Shown: positions 1 to 13,656, counted from the first letter of the stretch. The stretch is DNA of 64,000 nucleotides from Camelus ferus (GCF_009834535.1 NC_045697.1:53322001-53386000); one strand, 5' to 3'. A program made the numbers and translations. Notes: generated from the sequence alone by a model not told the origin.

Positions 1-1125
1 TACCCAGGGTAGTTACTATTTTTCTCACATAAAATTATTTTGTGAAGTTGTCCTGCCCTTCTTCACATTTGGAGGGTTGAAATGACATGATCAAACAAAT
101 CAAGTTCGTGACAATGTACCTAAAGTTAAAAAATATCCTCTAAAAAAATCCCCGAGCTGGACTTTGGTTGTAGTTTGGCGTCAGCAATGGAGTGTTGAGT
201 CCTAGAGCTGGATATGAGTGTTAGAGTCTTGGCTCTTCTGCTGTTGAAGGGTGATCACAGACAATATGTTTAACTTCTGTGGCTTCAGTGTCCATATCTC
301 AAATTGGCTGGTAATATTAACTACCGCCTAGGTTTTTCTGTGACCACGAAATTTATTAAGATAGGCAAAGGGTTTAAAATTGTGACCAGCATTCTGAGGC
401 CTCAACAAATTATTACTACTGTTATTATTCATTTCTCTGAAACCTACTTTGTCCTGTTGCAGGGCATATAAAAAGAACAAGAAGATAAATTGAGTGAGAC
501 AGAATTCCAAGATTGGAGATAACCTATATACTGCAAGGACAATATAAGAAAAATAAAAGGTGACTATACAAAAAAAGCAACACTAATATGCATTAGTTTC
601 TTTGGGTCTCATCATGACTTTTTAAAGCAATGGTTAAAATGTCAAAGAAAGAAACTAGGAAAAATAAATTTTGTGTATTGAAAAAAATGATGATTTTTTC
701 CAGAGAAAATGATGCAGATAATTTGTTTCAGAAAATCTTCTATAGGAAAACTCTCTTGACGTATATCTTCCACCAAACTGAAATGCTGTCTGAACTTCTT
801 GGCTCAACTCAAAGGCAGTAGGTAAACATCTCCGTGAACATTATGCTTGTGACAGTTTCCACCCAGAACTATTGCTTGTGGCTGAATGTATCATCAGCTC
901 TAGAGAAACTTTCTTAAAATTTATTTTCAAAATAGTTATAAAATGCATGCAAATTACACAGATAACTTACACTTGTGAATCAAAAAGGTCTAAGCAAAAT
1001 TGAAAATATTTCATAAACCAAGTAGGATTTAATTAAAGTTGAAACTATATTAAACAGTTTTACAGTCGCAGTCTTTGCACAAAAATCCTATTTATTGTTT
1101 AAATTCCAAGTCTAAAGGCACTTAC

Positions 1126-1170
1126 CATAATCAAGTAGAAGCAGTTAATTCAAGAATCTTAAAAGTATCT
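1126..1170 (-). other. CSN1S2: CSN1S2 penultimate exon (RYF-stop plus start of 3'UTR)
   Basis: taaag|AGATACTTTTAA...GATTATG|gtaagt, 45 nt. Confidence 0.9.
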
Positions 1171-4100
1171 CTTTAAAAGAGAAAGGAATAACATATTTTA
1201 GCTAAATGTTCATAATAACAAAAGAAAGGAATATTTACATTTCCATGGAGATATTTAGAATGTTCTTTTGGCATCTCATATTCAAACTATAGGACTAAAT
1301 TCTTATTTTCTCTAATCATGGAGAGGATATCTTTAAATGATATAATAAAGTAAATCATATTTTTAAAAATAATGCAAAATGAAGTGACTTGTCAAAATCA
1401 AAAGCTTATTTCATATCAGATCTTCTGATTCCAATCCTATATTCTTTGTACTGAATTGTCAGTTCTCTGGGTTCAAGTTACTGCTTTCCCACTTATTCCT
1501 TACATTAAAAGATGTTTCTTAAGTCACCTTTTAAAAAATGAAATAAAGGAGAATTGTAAATTAGAGCTTGGTCCAGCTAATTTTAGAATTTCAGATAATT
1601 TTATAAAACGTAAGTAATAATCTCTATCTTGACCTACCGTCAAGAATTACTGTAGGAATCCACTGAAACATTATGAGCACACACTCAATAAATTTAAATC
1701 CAATGTAAATGCAATTTATCATTATAATTATTTTCGCTTATTGTAGCTATATTTGTACCATATGATTTATAATTTTATTTCCAGCCTAGAATTTTTAAAT
1801 TTAATTTTGTTTCAGCTTCTGCTTGAGAACTTGTTGGAATTTTATGTCTCTATTTCATGTCCTTAGCTTATTTTTACTACAAAAGATAACTTTTTTTAAA
1901 ACTACAAATAAAAGGTAGAACTCACCAAATTGGGAATAATTTGGTAAGCTTTTACCTTGATGTGATTCCATGGAGTCATAGTTTTCTGATATTGATAAAC
2001 AGTCTTGAGATACTCTGGCCAGAGGAATGTCTGATAATATTGGTAGATTTTGTTCTGAAAAAAATTGTAAGTAATTTTGTGTCAGAGCACACCTGGACAT
2101 AACTAAATAAACTAAAGCTTGATCTATTTGGATACATTCTAAATGATACCAAACAGACCTAAGCAAAATAAAGTTTATTCATTTAGAATTAATTCTATGT
2201 TTTGCATTCATAGAATGAACTGTAGAATTAAGAATATTCTTTAGTTTTTTCAGACCCCAATGTCAAAATGCTTAAGTGAGAGGAATAAAGAGAAAAGGAA
2301 AAAGGAAAAAAAATGTGCAAGAAGGCAAAAGGATAATTTCTTAATTTACTGAAATAAGCGTTTCAGATTGTGGTTTTTCCATGTCTAGTGGAAACACTCT
2401 GGTCCTTAGAGTCGTATAGAAGGTGTGATTTAACTTAGTAGAATCTGTGACATTGAGCCAATTGTTACTCTCTCTGAGTGTCACTTACCTTCTGGAAGTA
2501 AATTAATTAATATAGAGAGAGCATTTTGCATAATGCCTGACACCTATTTATGATTACTAAATATTTCTCTCCTTCATGTTCTATTTCGAACCATCTATAT
2601 GGGCCCAACTATGGATTATTACAGGGATTAAAATTGGAATTAAACACAGTAGCATCTGCCTTTAAGATAATTTACTGCTTTTACAAAATGAAAAATCACT
2701 GAGTTTTTAGAACAACAAGGGAATAATGATGATACCATTGGTCCAATGAGAGAATGCTTTCGTAAGAGTTTTGACAAAGTAAAGGAAGACTTACAGAAAT
2801 TTGAATTTATTTTAAAAAATTTGTTTTGTTCTGTTTTGTTGAGAGGATTGTGGCTCAGCAGTGTCCAAGCTGAGTCTGGCTGTGTTATAAATGTTCGTAT
2901 GAAAAATTTACCAGAAATTTTTGGTGATCCTTTTCTTCTTCAGTCAATTCAGTTTTCTGTTAATAATAAAAATAAACTGTGATAAATACAGGAGAAAATA
3001 TCAAAGGTTAATATTTAATAAATTTTGTTTGAACGGAAATTACTTACCTTAGTGAATACTTCTGTTGATTCCTTAGGGAAAGAAAATGAAAGTCGGCTTT
3101 ACTTGGATAGCTCACTGGTAATTTTATCTTTATCATTCTTAGAGAACTAGAGTGAATTAGTTTAATAATTCAGGGCCAAGCCACTGTTACCAAGAAACGA
3201 AGTGCTACTTTATAGAAATTGATTGTGAATTTAGTGAGTTCAAATATTCATTATCAGAGCATTCTCTGTGTGAACATGATACCTGACTGAAAATATGTTT
3301 CAAATTTTCTGTTTATCTGTATTTTTCACATAATGTCAGATTCTCATTGAGTATGTGCAGGTACAAAGGGAGAGAGAGAAGGAGAGGGTGAGTGAGAGAG
3401 AGAAGAAAGCTAATCAGCCTGCATACACTTAGGAAGACCTTCATTTTTTTTTTTTTTTTTTTTTGGTGGCCATGGACCCCAAGTTTGAGAGAAAGGGTAA
3501 AGCATGCTTCCTAAGGCCCTTGAGGAGGAAGCTGTGCTGTGCCTCAGGCCACAAGACTGTGGGCTACAATCCACGCTTCGTCCTTTCCCAGGACGCTTTC
3601 CCATTGTGCTTACCCACTTGGCTCTTTCTACCACAGCAGTTTTGTACCTGTGATTTACAGAACTCATAACCCAATCCAGTATTCAACCCCCTAAACAATG
3701 AGAGAGAATCAGGGTAAAATTTTGCCGAAGGCAATTGACAACATGCTGATTTGACATTGGCTTATTTTTAAAATACCTTATTTAAAATTAACTTAAAAAT
3801 AAATACCAATGAACCAGAGTCCAGTGAAAATTAGCAAAGGCATGGGATAGAACAGCTAGTCTTGACTATGTAGATAGTTCATTTCAGGTGTCTAAAATGA
3901 CTTTGAACCTGTGTATATTTCTTACAAGGGTTTTTCTTCATTTCCATTTGCTATTTTGATGTGGTTCTGCTAAAACAAATTAGCAATACATAATTTACTT
4001 AAAATAATTAACAACAGGAAAGTGCAGTATTTCTCAATAAACTAGTTGGTTGTTTTATTTTAAAATCATCATTTTTCTCACTAGATGAACTACTAGAAGA

Positions 4101-6928
4101 TTCCTTTAGAAACAAACAAAATAACCAAACTTTGGGGACCAGAGTAATTGAATCCTTAGTATATTCTTAATATTTATGGAATTAAAAGTCTTTCTTTTAG
4201 AAAGAATATTAGTATGAGAGATGAAAAAGAAGAATTGAAGTAAAATTTCCAGCTCAAAAAAGTAAAAATCTGATTAAAAAAAAGAAAGATTTCAGATAAG
4301 CCTAGCTAGTAATATTTTAATATTAGTTTTTGAAAATATGACTTAAATATATCTTTATATAGAAATAATAATACCTTACCATATCAACAGTCTTTTTTGA
4401 ATTTTCCTTAAAGAAATGAGTTAGACATTTTATTCTCACTGTATTGTTTATACATAATTTCCTCTTGAATATATATATAAAACCCCTCTTTTATAAAGAA
4501 GAATAATTAAATTTATTTTCATTGCTTTTGTAGATTGCTGTTGTATCCCAAAGATCTAGAACCATGTAAGGGACATATTACTTGCTAAATACCTACTTCT
4601 TAAGTGAATGATGAGTGACATATCTCATCAGTGAACCAATAAATAGATAAATAAATTTCATCTGATTGGTGTGCATAACCACATCCCCTCCTGCTTACAT
4701 TTATATAAAATAAATAATAGTTATTGTATACCATAACAAAATAAAAAGTAATTTCTTAACTACATTTAATGTAAGTGATTTTGACTTCCTGAGAGAAGTT
4801 GGCAGATTCCGTAAAAAAAACTGAAATAATACATTTTAACCTTGTTGATAAAATATGAACCGCTTGGATTGTAGCACTTTGTATGGATCTTGATGAACTA
4901 GAGTTCTTATTTCAGAATGGTACATTGGATTCCTCTCACTATGTTTACAAAACTTAAGATGTACACCATGACTTGTGGGTGATATTAATTTCATTTTATT
5001 TGAATGAAAATTACTTACCTCTGTGGGAACTTCAGTTGATTCCTTAGGGGAAGAAAAGAAGAATTAACTTAGCTTTAAAGTTGTACTGGAGTAGAAGGGG
5101 CAATTAATTCAATATATTTAGAGCCCAGGAACTACTATTTTTTTAGGAATTCAGTAAATAAATATTCAGAGCCCTCACTTTGTGTCAGAGCAGTAACATG
5201 TGACTGAAAATGTGTTTCCTTTAAAAGTTTTCCTCAGTTCTACATTATTCAGCCTCCTGTGCCACAGCAATAGTAATAGTGACTTTGGGAAAAGCAGTAG
5301 TATTAACTTTTTGATAAGGTCTACTAGCACAAATCTAATCTTTTTTTTTTTTAACACCTTTATTGTGGCATGGTTCCTGTACAGTAAACTACACATATTT
5401 CAAATGTACAATTTGATGAATTTTGATAGATGTACACACAATGAAACTACCACCACAATCAAGATAGCTAACATTTCCATCACTCCCCAAGAGATGCAAT
5501 TTTCGAATTTCCAATTTATCCCTTCTGACCCCCCTCTACCCCTGGTAACCATCTTTGTATCCTTGGATGTGTACATTTTTGTTCTGCCTTCCCCATATTT
5601 TTCTTGGATGTCTGAAGTTCCAATTTCCCCGTATTCTGTAAGTCAAGATTTATTGCTTACAAAACTAGATCAAAAACCGTCTATTACCATGTTTGATAAA
5701 TGTTAGTATCTTAGTAGTTTCCCGGGTATTACCTTTGTAATAAAATGCCTTACCTCACTGATGGAGAGCTGCTCTGTGTTCTGTATTCAAAAAAAAAAAA
5801 AAAAAAAAAAAAGAGGGCCAAGATAACTTTTGTTATTTATTCCTCATATGAGAAAAAATTCCTTAAGATAAACTGTTTTATGGTAGACAGTACTTGGAAT
5901 TTGGGCAAGTTACTTCATTTCCTTATATTTTCTTACAGTACGATCTTTTTGTTACATGAAGATAATGATTACTGTCCCCTCCCAACTTAGAGAATTGTTT
6001 GAGGAACCAAGTGAAATGATATAGGGGCAAATGCTTCAGACAGGTATGTTCAATTAATTCCTTGTCACTATGGTTACTACTGTTATTTGTTACTATATTT
6101 AAGACTATATTGTCTGTGATTTAATTTCTGGACTATGAGATTTTGTTCCCAATTGTTCTACTTTCTAAGTTAAAACCTTGTTGGGGCATTTTGTCTCTAG
6201 ATATTGTTCATATCTTCACCCTGAGCTCATCCCCCGCCAAAAACAAACAAACAAACAAAAATAGCAAAGGACAAACTAAAAAACCAGCACTCACCACAGT
6301 GGGAATAAAGGGGTAGGCCCTTGTCTTGCCCTGATCCCATGGGTTCATCACAATCTGACCTTGATGAAGAGCCTGGAGATACTGGAGGAATTTCCACTTC
6401 TGATAAAATTGACTGATTTTGTTCTAGAGAGAAAGAAAATTATAAAATTTACTCCAATATTGAACCTCCTCCATGGCTCAAAAGCACATTTTGTCAGAAC
6501 CAAATTACTTAGACCTTTAATTAGATAATTTAAAAATGGTGGCAAATTTACCTAACAAGAATAGTTCAGTCACATAAAATTTATTGTAGCTGTTTCTACC
6601 TTTGTTAATACATAGCAAAATTAACAACATTGTCTGATTATGAAGACCTCCAGAACAGTATCTATGTGAAAAAAACAAAAGTAGGTATGAGAAGGGAAAG
6701 GAACATTTCTTGAGTTAAAAGGCAAATGTCTGTCATTTCTGTCTGGTGTGTGTAAGAAGTCTGCTCTTTGGAGTCAGACAGAACTGAACTTTAACTCCCT
6801 TTATCCTAGGTGTTAGAATTCATAACTTGGTCATTATGTTGTTTATGCATAATATATCATATTGCATTCTCCCTGAGCATTATTTACCATGTAGGATTAT
6901 ATCTGTTAAAATATATGGCAGTGTGCTA

Positions 6929-6960
<32 letters not shown>

Positions 6961-9900
6961 ACCTATCAGGCTTAATAAATATTCTAGTAAATTCCATAGC
7001 CTTTGAGCTGACTCTAAAGATCTTTTTAGAGATTAAATATAAAACTGCAGTGCCAGCTTCACTCAAAAGAATGTTCATTTCATAGAGATTTGAAAATATG
7101 GGTGTGTAGAATGTCAATCGGTCTTTAGAATTTTCTGTGAGTAACCTGTTACCTTGAAGGTGGTACAAAGGGAGAGTGCTACTGGAATTATTTTGACAAA
7201 GTATAAGAATGGCTTTTAAAGCAATCATAATTTCCTAAAAACAGAGGTTTTATGTGGGGAGTCCCATATTTAGGTATTCAAAGAAAGGCAGTTTCTATTC
7301 TAAAGTTTTTAGAAGGAATGTCTGCTCTGTGTAGGGACATGGTAATAATAACTGTTATTTTTTTTAGATGTGCCTATACTGTGTTCCAAGCATTTTTTAA
7401 CATAATTTATGTACATATCATCTAATGTAATTCCTCAGGGTCAATATAACTATCTTCATTTTTAGTTGAGGAAACTGTAGCTTGAAAAGGTTAAGAAATA
7501 GTTTGTGAAGTTATGATTGGAATACAAGTTGCTGACTGTAAAGCAGGTGCTCTATCCTTGTGCACCCAACAAACTTCTCTAGTCCAGAGGACGGGGTACA
7601 TGACCTCCTATGTGTAGCTTGGAAACCTTTACTTTTGAGACATGTCTATGATGCTATTGGCAAAAAGACGTTGAGTGGACAAAGATGTGATACCTCAACT
7701 ACACTTACACCATTTAAACTTGAAACAAATTTTCTGAGGCTTGTAACTCCTTCAAAATCATTTGGTTAATTGCCCAACACTTACTTATCTTAAACTGTAA
7801 GTCCACAAGTTTAACAAGCTAATAGCTGGAAATCAAAGTAACAAAAATAGAGAAAATATATTACTTACTGTAAATTGAGGGTAAATATCTCATTGGGGTG
7901 GAATGAGTTATGTGAACATTGGGAGAAAAAACAGCAATGATATTACGGTTTAGTTGAAATTACAATTTGTGTGAGAAATTGTGTGTAGTGCTTATCTTCC
8001 ACAATGGGCTTATCTTTCTGTTAAGAAAACAAAAGCACTTGCCATAAAAATACACAAAAAGAAAATAGTGCTAGTTGGTATTAATTTCATTTCAGTTGAA
8101 TGAAAATTACTTACCTCTGTGGGGACTTCAGCTGATTCCTTAGGGGAAGAAAAGAAGAATGCACTTAGCTTTTGAGTTGTACTAGAGTAGAAGAGGCAAT
8201 TAATTAAATATATTTAGGGCCCAAGCCACAACTACTGAGAAATCATATATTTTTTTAGGAATTCAATAAATTAAATATTCAGACCCCTCACTTTGTGCCA
8301 AAGCAATAACGTGTGACTGAAAATATGTTTCATTTAGAAGTTTTCATCAATTCTACATTATTCATACAATATCAAATGCCTATGGAGTGAAGGCAGGTGA
8401 CAAAAAAAATTACACAGTAGGCCTGATGAGACATGTGGCACACTAAATCCTGTGTACCTGTTCTAGAGGACACAGTGCTTATTTGTAAGAGGCCATTGGC
8501 TCCCTGTTGGAGATAAAAGAGTAAAGCAGGTTTCCTAGGTACTGAGTAGGAAGGCTTCTGGCTGTGCCTCAGGACACAAGGCTCTGGACCTCGCCTGTGC
8601 TCCATCCTTTCCCAGGCGCCTTTTCCTGCCGTGCTTATTGCTTGGCTATTTCTACCACAGCATGTCTTTCTTGTTCCAGTGACCTATACATTTTAATCCA
8701 TTCCCTCAGTCACCTCTCTTAAACAAGACGGTCTCAAATTTTAAAGTGCATCAGTATGCCCAGGTGATGCTAATACTGCTAGCTGAGAAATAGCACATGG
8801 AGAACCATTGCCCCGAGCAATACTGAGGTGTTTCAGGCTGAAACCACGTTGAAGGCAATTGGTAGGCTCTTGATTTGACTGGCTTGATTTAAAATGCACT
8901 TTCCCCTGGAGGCAGATATCTGATATTGCTGTCAGGAGCACCAGTGCACACCATGGTATAGACAGTCACTTTGAATCTCCCCAAAACTACATCAGGTTTG
9001 GGTAAATGATTTCTCCGGTGCTCACACTATTTGCGATGTCAACAACAAATTAATCCACACTTTGCTGAAAATCTAGTTTTTGGTGAACTTGCTATTTGAT
9101 GTTAAAGGAAAAAGTCTCTTACTGAGCTAGGATATTTCCTGAAAAATAATAATATATATAATCAAAATCTGGTGACCAGAAGACATGCCAGCATAATTCT
9201 TTGAATATTAGTGGCTATTTGGAATATGTCTCAGGTTACACACACTAGCATGATAAGTTAAAAAGATTGACATAAAAGCAATGTAACCAGGTTTCTTGGC
9301 TGTTTGTTATTAATCACCTTTGGAAAACAAGTGAAAGAAGTAAAAATGATCCTATGATTAAATGTAGCAGGCTTAGGAGACTATAGATCATACTATATAT
9401 CCAGTTAGGTGGATATTACTAAAGTGGGCAGGAAACATGGTCATTTTTGAGCAACTTATAAATCTCTTTCCAGTTTATGAAAAGAGGAAATTTACAGATG
9501 TCCTCATATGCCATCGATAGTATTATAGGAATATGTATCAGTAATATGAATCAAAAATTCTTCAAAATAAATAAAAATTTCTCACCACTTCCTTTATGTT
9601 CCTTACAGCTTCCTTAAAAGAGAGAAGAAAAAGAATTAGATCTATTATTGCCACAGCATTACTTAGAACGTTTTCTCCCGAATATAAAGGGACATTTCCG
9701 TCTCCCATAAAGAAAAGCGCTAGAATGGATTCATTTTCATTGTCTGAGTTTTGTAATGAATTATATTAGCATTTCTGCTTTGGTGGTAAACGTACAACCA
9801 GAGGTAGTCACTGTCATTTATTGTATCTATTGTTGCATCCCAGAGGCGATCATATTTGTATTGTGTCCCTGGAGACTAGGATAGTATCGGGGACATAGTT

Positions 9901-12459
9901 CTTGTTGAATAAATGCTGTCAAGTGAATTAACGAATACACAAGATAAATTTAGGCAATTCATAGATAAGCTTTTCTTTTCCATTTTAATGGTCATTATTT
10001 GTTTTGTTGTGTATTCAGAAAAATACCTCACTAGGCCAATTAACATCTTTTGGAAGTAAATAGCTATTGTTTCTGTGATAAACAGATTGATTTAAGTTAA
10101 TCAATTTTAAGAAAAATACTTCAATAGGAAAGAATTTAAAAAAGAAAAAAATGTTAAGCTTGAAGCATTAAGAATGAAAATGTTTAGTTGGAGACTGAGA
10201 ATGAATCTAAAGGAAAATTTCTTCATTCCTCATAGAATCTGGGAATCAAATATATTAGCTGCTTCGTGCAAAGATATATTTTCTTCATTTGAATTATTCA
10301 TAGAATTAAGAGATGAAGATATAATTTGGTCTCATTCTTTAAAGATAATTTTGGTTTTCAAATCTGATTGACTTGAAATGTACTTTCCAAATCCAGGTTA
10401 ATTTCAATTCTGTTCAAAGTACTATAATATTTTACTTCACATTATACTACAGATATGAAATGAATATGTACCTCGCAAAATGTGGAGCAGATGTCCTCCT
10501 GAAAGAAAGCAAAACCAAGAAGGATACAGCATTTACTGAAATGCAGTATTATATTCTTGAGCATGAAGTGATAGAAAATAAAATACTATTTTGTGAACAA
10601 AAAGATTACAAAATTACGAAAAAAAAGCAAAGGTGATGAACCATTTCAAAGATAATGTGCTTTAACAGTGAGGCTCAAAAATGGCTCACAAATCTTTTCC
10701 TTTCATGTTAGTCCGTAGCATTTTGTCAAAACAATGAAAACATCACCATTTTCACAATTATAGTTAAAAATGATACTCATTTGGAATGAATGAGAAAGTG
10801 ACCCATGTTTTATAGATAAAGATGTGTCATCAATCAAGATGAATAGAGTAATAACTTTACCTTGCTGGGATGAATGGCCACCTTCTTTACCTGCTTAAAT
10901 TTCTATAAAATAAATAAATTTATTTTATAATTTTGATTAAATAAAGGAAGTTAAAATATATTTAATTTAAGAATTTAGGACTTACTTGCTGAGAGACGTT
11001 GATAGATTCCTTAGAAAAAGAAAGACAATATTATTTATTTACCTAAATTGTATTAATAAAGTATCAGTCCACAACCATTATCCATTGGGTAAATAACTTA
11101 CATCTTTACTTGAATTACACAACAAGTTAACCAAAGTTTCATTTCCTTTATTAAATTAACTTATTATATTTCATATAACTAACTCATTCCACACTGTGCT
11201 TTTGGGCTATGAATAACTGAATCAAAGCTTTCCCAAATGTCATCGACAGAGAAGAGAGGAAAAATATCCCATTTCTTCTGTACAATTTCCAATTTTCTTT
11301 TTCTTTTTTTCATTATTATCTTTTTTCTTTTGTCATTTTAAAAGAGATTAAATACATCATAGGAAAACAAGAAAATGCTTAGGTGACGCTGAAATTGTCT
11401 GTGGGCCTCTGTTAGGCACCCATGGCCAGGAAGTCATTTGGAAAGTAGCATCTAATAAGGAACAGCATGAGTCCTTATTGCAGAAACACAATTGATTGCT
11501 GTCACTCTCTCACAAAATGTTCATCATGACTTCTGAACTAATACCATTAATATGAGAGATGTCTAGAAAAAAACGCACAAATTTACTCTTGGTGATTTGA
11601 ATGTGTAGGCTTTTGGTCTTTACTCACCCCTATATATATATTTTTTATGATTGTGCTTCCAATTTTCTCTGACTCTGTACCTCTAGACTTACTGGTGATA
11701 AAACTATTATAAAAGTGATAGTTCAGGGAATATTATGTTTTTACCAGGTGAAAGGGTTTTATATTTATACTAAAGTATCTTACCTCACTGGAGGAGCCCT
11801 GATCCATCTCCTATATAAGAAACAAAAACAAATATAAGCTTCAGTTTTATGGTAGGTTTAAAATGTCAAGCTGTCTCACTGAGTTTTTTTTTTTTTTGCT
11901 GTTGTTTGTGTTTGTTTTCATTTTTGTGGTTTTTGTTTTGTTTTGGTGGCCGGGGCTTTTAGAATTCTGTTTCTGGGAATGTCTAGGGTTTAGTTGAATT
12001 ATTTTCATTATTATTGGAATAGTATAGAAGCTTATAATATTAAAAAGCAAATAATTCTGTACTTCAAATAAATCCTTCTTAATGCTTAATATATTTCTTA
12101 CTTTTAGGAAGTTGTTCTTGGGGTGAAAAGAGTTCCCAGGTACATTCAAACAGATATAGAAGAAAGGGTATGCCATTTAACCTATAACTAAAGTTTGTCC
12201 AACCCTACAAGGAAAACACTTAATAAAAAGTATTTTTATCCACCTTGATATCTTGTATAAGGCAGGGCCAGTGCCATCTTTGATTATAAAAGTTCACACA
12301 CTTAGTCTCTCTTCCCTGCTGCCTACCCTTGCCATTGTCTGCATAAAAGAGTCACTCTTCTAATATTTAAATAACAGGAGGTACTTATAAATATCTTATT
12401 ATACTTACATGCTTTGCAAGAACAACAGCCAAAAGGCAGGTAAAAATGAAAAATTTCAT
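1159..12459 (-). CDS. CSN1S2: Alpha-S2-casein (spliced CDS, 193-aa main isoform)
   Basis: Phase-0 GT-AG exons: 12409-12459 MKFFIFTCLLAVVLAKH; 11784-11810 EMDQGSSSE; 10986-11009 ESINVSQQ; 10861-10902 KFKQVKKVAIHPSK; 10472-10498 EDICSTFCE; 9586-9612 EAVRNIKEV; 8115-8138 ESAEVPTE; 6295-6423 NKISQFYQKWKFLQYLQALHQGQIVMNPWDQGKTRAYPFIPTV; 5754-5780 NTEQLSISE; 5019-5042 ESTEVPTE; [optional 4380-4406 ENSKKTVDM]; 3048-3071 ESTEVFTK; 2912-2956 KTELTEEEKDHQKFL; 1956-2054 NKIYQYYQTFLWPEYLKTVYQYQKTMTPWNHIK [extendable to 1926]; 1159-1170 RYF*. Total 582 nt without the optional parts, matching camel alpha-s2-casein as recalled. Confidence 0.97.
4380..4406 (-). CDS. CSN1S2: CSN1S2 alternatively spliced 27-nt exon (ENSKKTVDM)
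   Basis: Intact taag acceptor and gtaag donor, in frame; matches the bovine ENSKKTVDM exon, which is absent from the major camel isoform as recalled. Confidence 0.85.
5342..5580 (-). mobile_element. Old L1 3'-end fragment in CSN1S2 intron
   Basis: T-run followed by typical antisense L1 3'UTR wording (tttattgtgg...gtacaatttgatgaattttgata...accaccacaatcaagata...aacatttccatcactcccc). Confidence 0.65.
7964..8017 (-). pseudogene. Silenced or cryptic CSN1S2 exon (KDKPIVEDKHYTQFL[TQI])
   Basis: Acceptor ttcttaacag intact. Translation aligns with bovine EVKITVDDKHYQKAL at the syntenic position. No GT at +45; a weak gtaatt donor lies at +54. Confidence 0.75.
9123..9138 (-). pseudogene. Degenerate 16-nt CSN1S2 exon remnant
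   Basis: tttttcag|GAAATATCCTAGCTCA|gtaaga, at the position of the bovine EYSIGSSSE exon. Length is not a multiple of 3 and there is an in-frame TAG. Confidence 0.55.
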
Positions 12460-13316
12460 GTTTACTTAGTCCTGTGGAACAGATATGGGGCTGATCAATA
12501 ATAGTTTTACTCTTTTTGAAATCACATATTTCCCATATTTCCTCATTAATTATATATTAATTTATATTTGTACCAAATAATTGGGAAAGGGAAATGAAGA
12601 CTGATAAAAGCAGGTTCACTGAGAAACACATGGATGTGAATATGACAAGTTCTTTATAAGGAGAAATTAACACAACATAATGTAAAATCTTGGTTTCTAA
12701 ACTGTGGGAGGTCCTTTCGGGCCTAGCAAGTTAGTAGGGTTATTGACCCTATGTATAAGTGGTTAATTAATTGACTAATTAAATTAAGGAATATTTGCTA
12801 CTATGCCAGGTACTCTTCCAGACGTGAAGATACAGTAATGAAAAAAATTTATATATTATTTATATATTATTGACATATGCATATTATTTACAACTCTTCT
12901 TTAATCTTGTGGAGAATGACTATCAGAAATGCAAAATGCAAGAGGAACTAATTTTTAAATCAGATTTCAGGTGAGCCAAAACATGGAGTCTGGCTTCCTC
13001 ATAAGGAGAAGAATTAGCAGGTAGAAATAATACTGTGTCAGGTACAAGGAGAATTGCTGATCCCAGCTCAACTTAGGACAGGCTGCTGAATCTTGAGGGA
13101 GTCAATAGTTTCCAACATCTATACGTTAATTGTATTCAGAAGCACTGAAAAGGAGGTAAATCAGTAGCTACCAAACAATTAGTTATCGAACAATCTCTCA
13201 GTGCATCTTAAGGTACACTGACTAGTTTCTTTAAAAATACTTTTTGGAGAATTGTTATTAAGTTTTACAAAGTCATAAGTTATATAGAACAACAGGAAGA
13301 TAAATGAAAATATTAC

Positions 13317-13360
13317 CTTATTTCCTGAAGGGAAGACAAGTAGTCCAGGCAGTGGGAGAT
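13317..13360 (-). other. CSN1S2: CSN1S2 non-coding exon 1 (44 nt; TSS approximate)
   Basis: ATCTCCCACTGCCTGGACTACTTGTCTTCCCTTCAGGAAATAAG|gtaata, downstream of a TTTAAATA box; resembles known alpha-s2 exon 1. Confidence 0.88.
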
Positions 13361-13379
13361 CAGAGATGGGTTGTGGTGC

Positions 13380-13656
13380 TATTTAAATCTTGTTCCTCCA
13401 TAATATGGTAACTCTGTGGTTTGAAATACCTAAAAAAGAATTTGAATTCTAAGAAGTCATGACAATTAGAATTGTTTTCCCATCCAATTTTTGTACCACA
13501 TATTCCAAGGAATGCTTCTACTCAGGTTGATTTAGAACATGATTATAAGAAATGAGGATTTTATAGTGTGTAGGAATTATTTATAGTTTGTGTTTGTGTG
13601 GCTAACCTCTGCTATGTACCAGCTGTGTGGTTCAGGATTTTTTTTTTTTCCTAGAA
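13380..13656 (-). promoter_or_regulatory. CSN1S2 promoter: TTTAAATA box, Runx-like AACCACA, STAT5 GAS sites
   Basis: TATA variant 13380-13387; AAACCACA ~13415-13422; GAS TTCTTAGAA 13447-13455 (about -90); second GAS 13648-13656. Confidence 0.85.

Noticed and set aside
5200..5706. Longest ORF (168 aa)
   Set aside because: Antisense to a CSN1S2 intron, spans an L1 3'UTR fragment, no recognisable protein.
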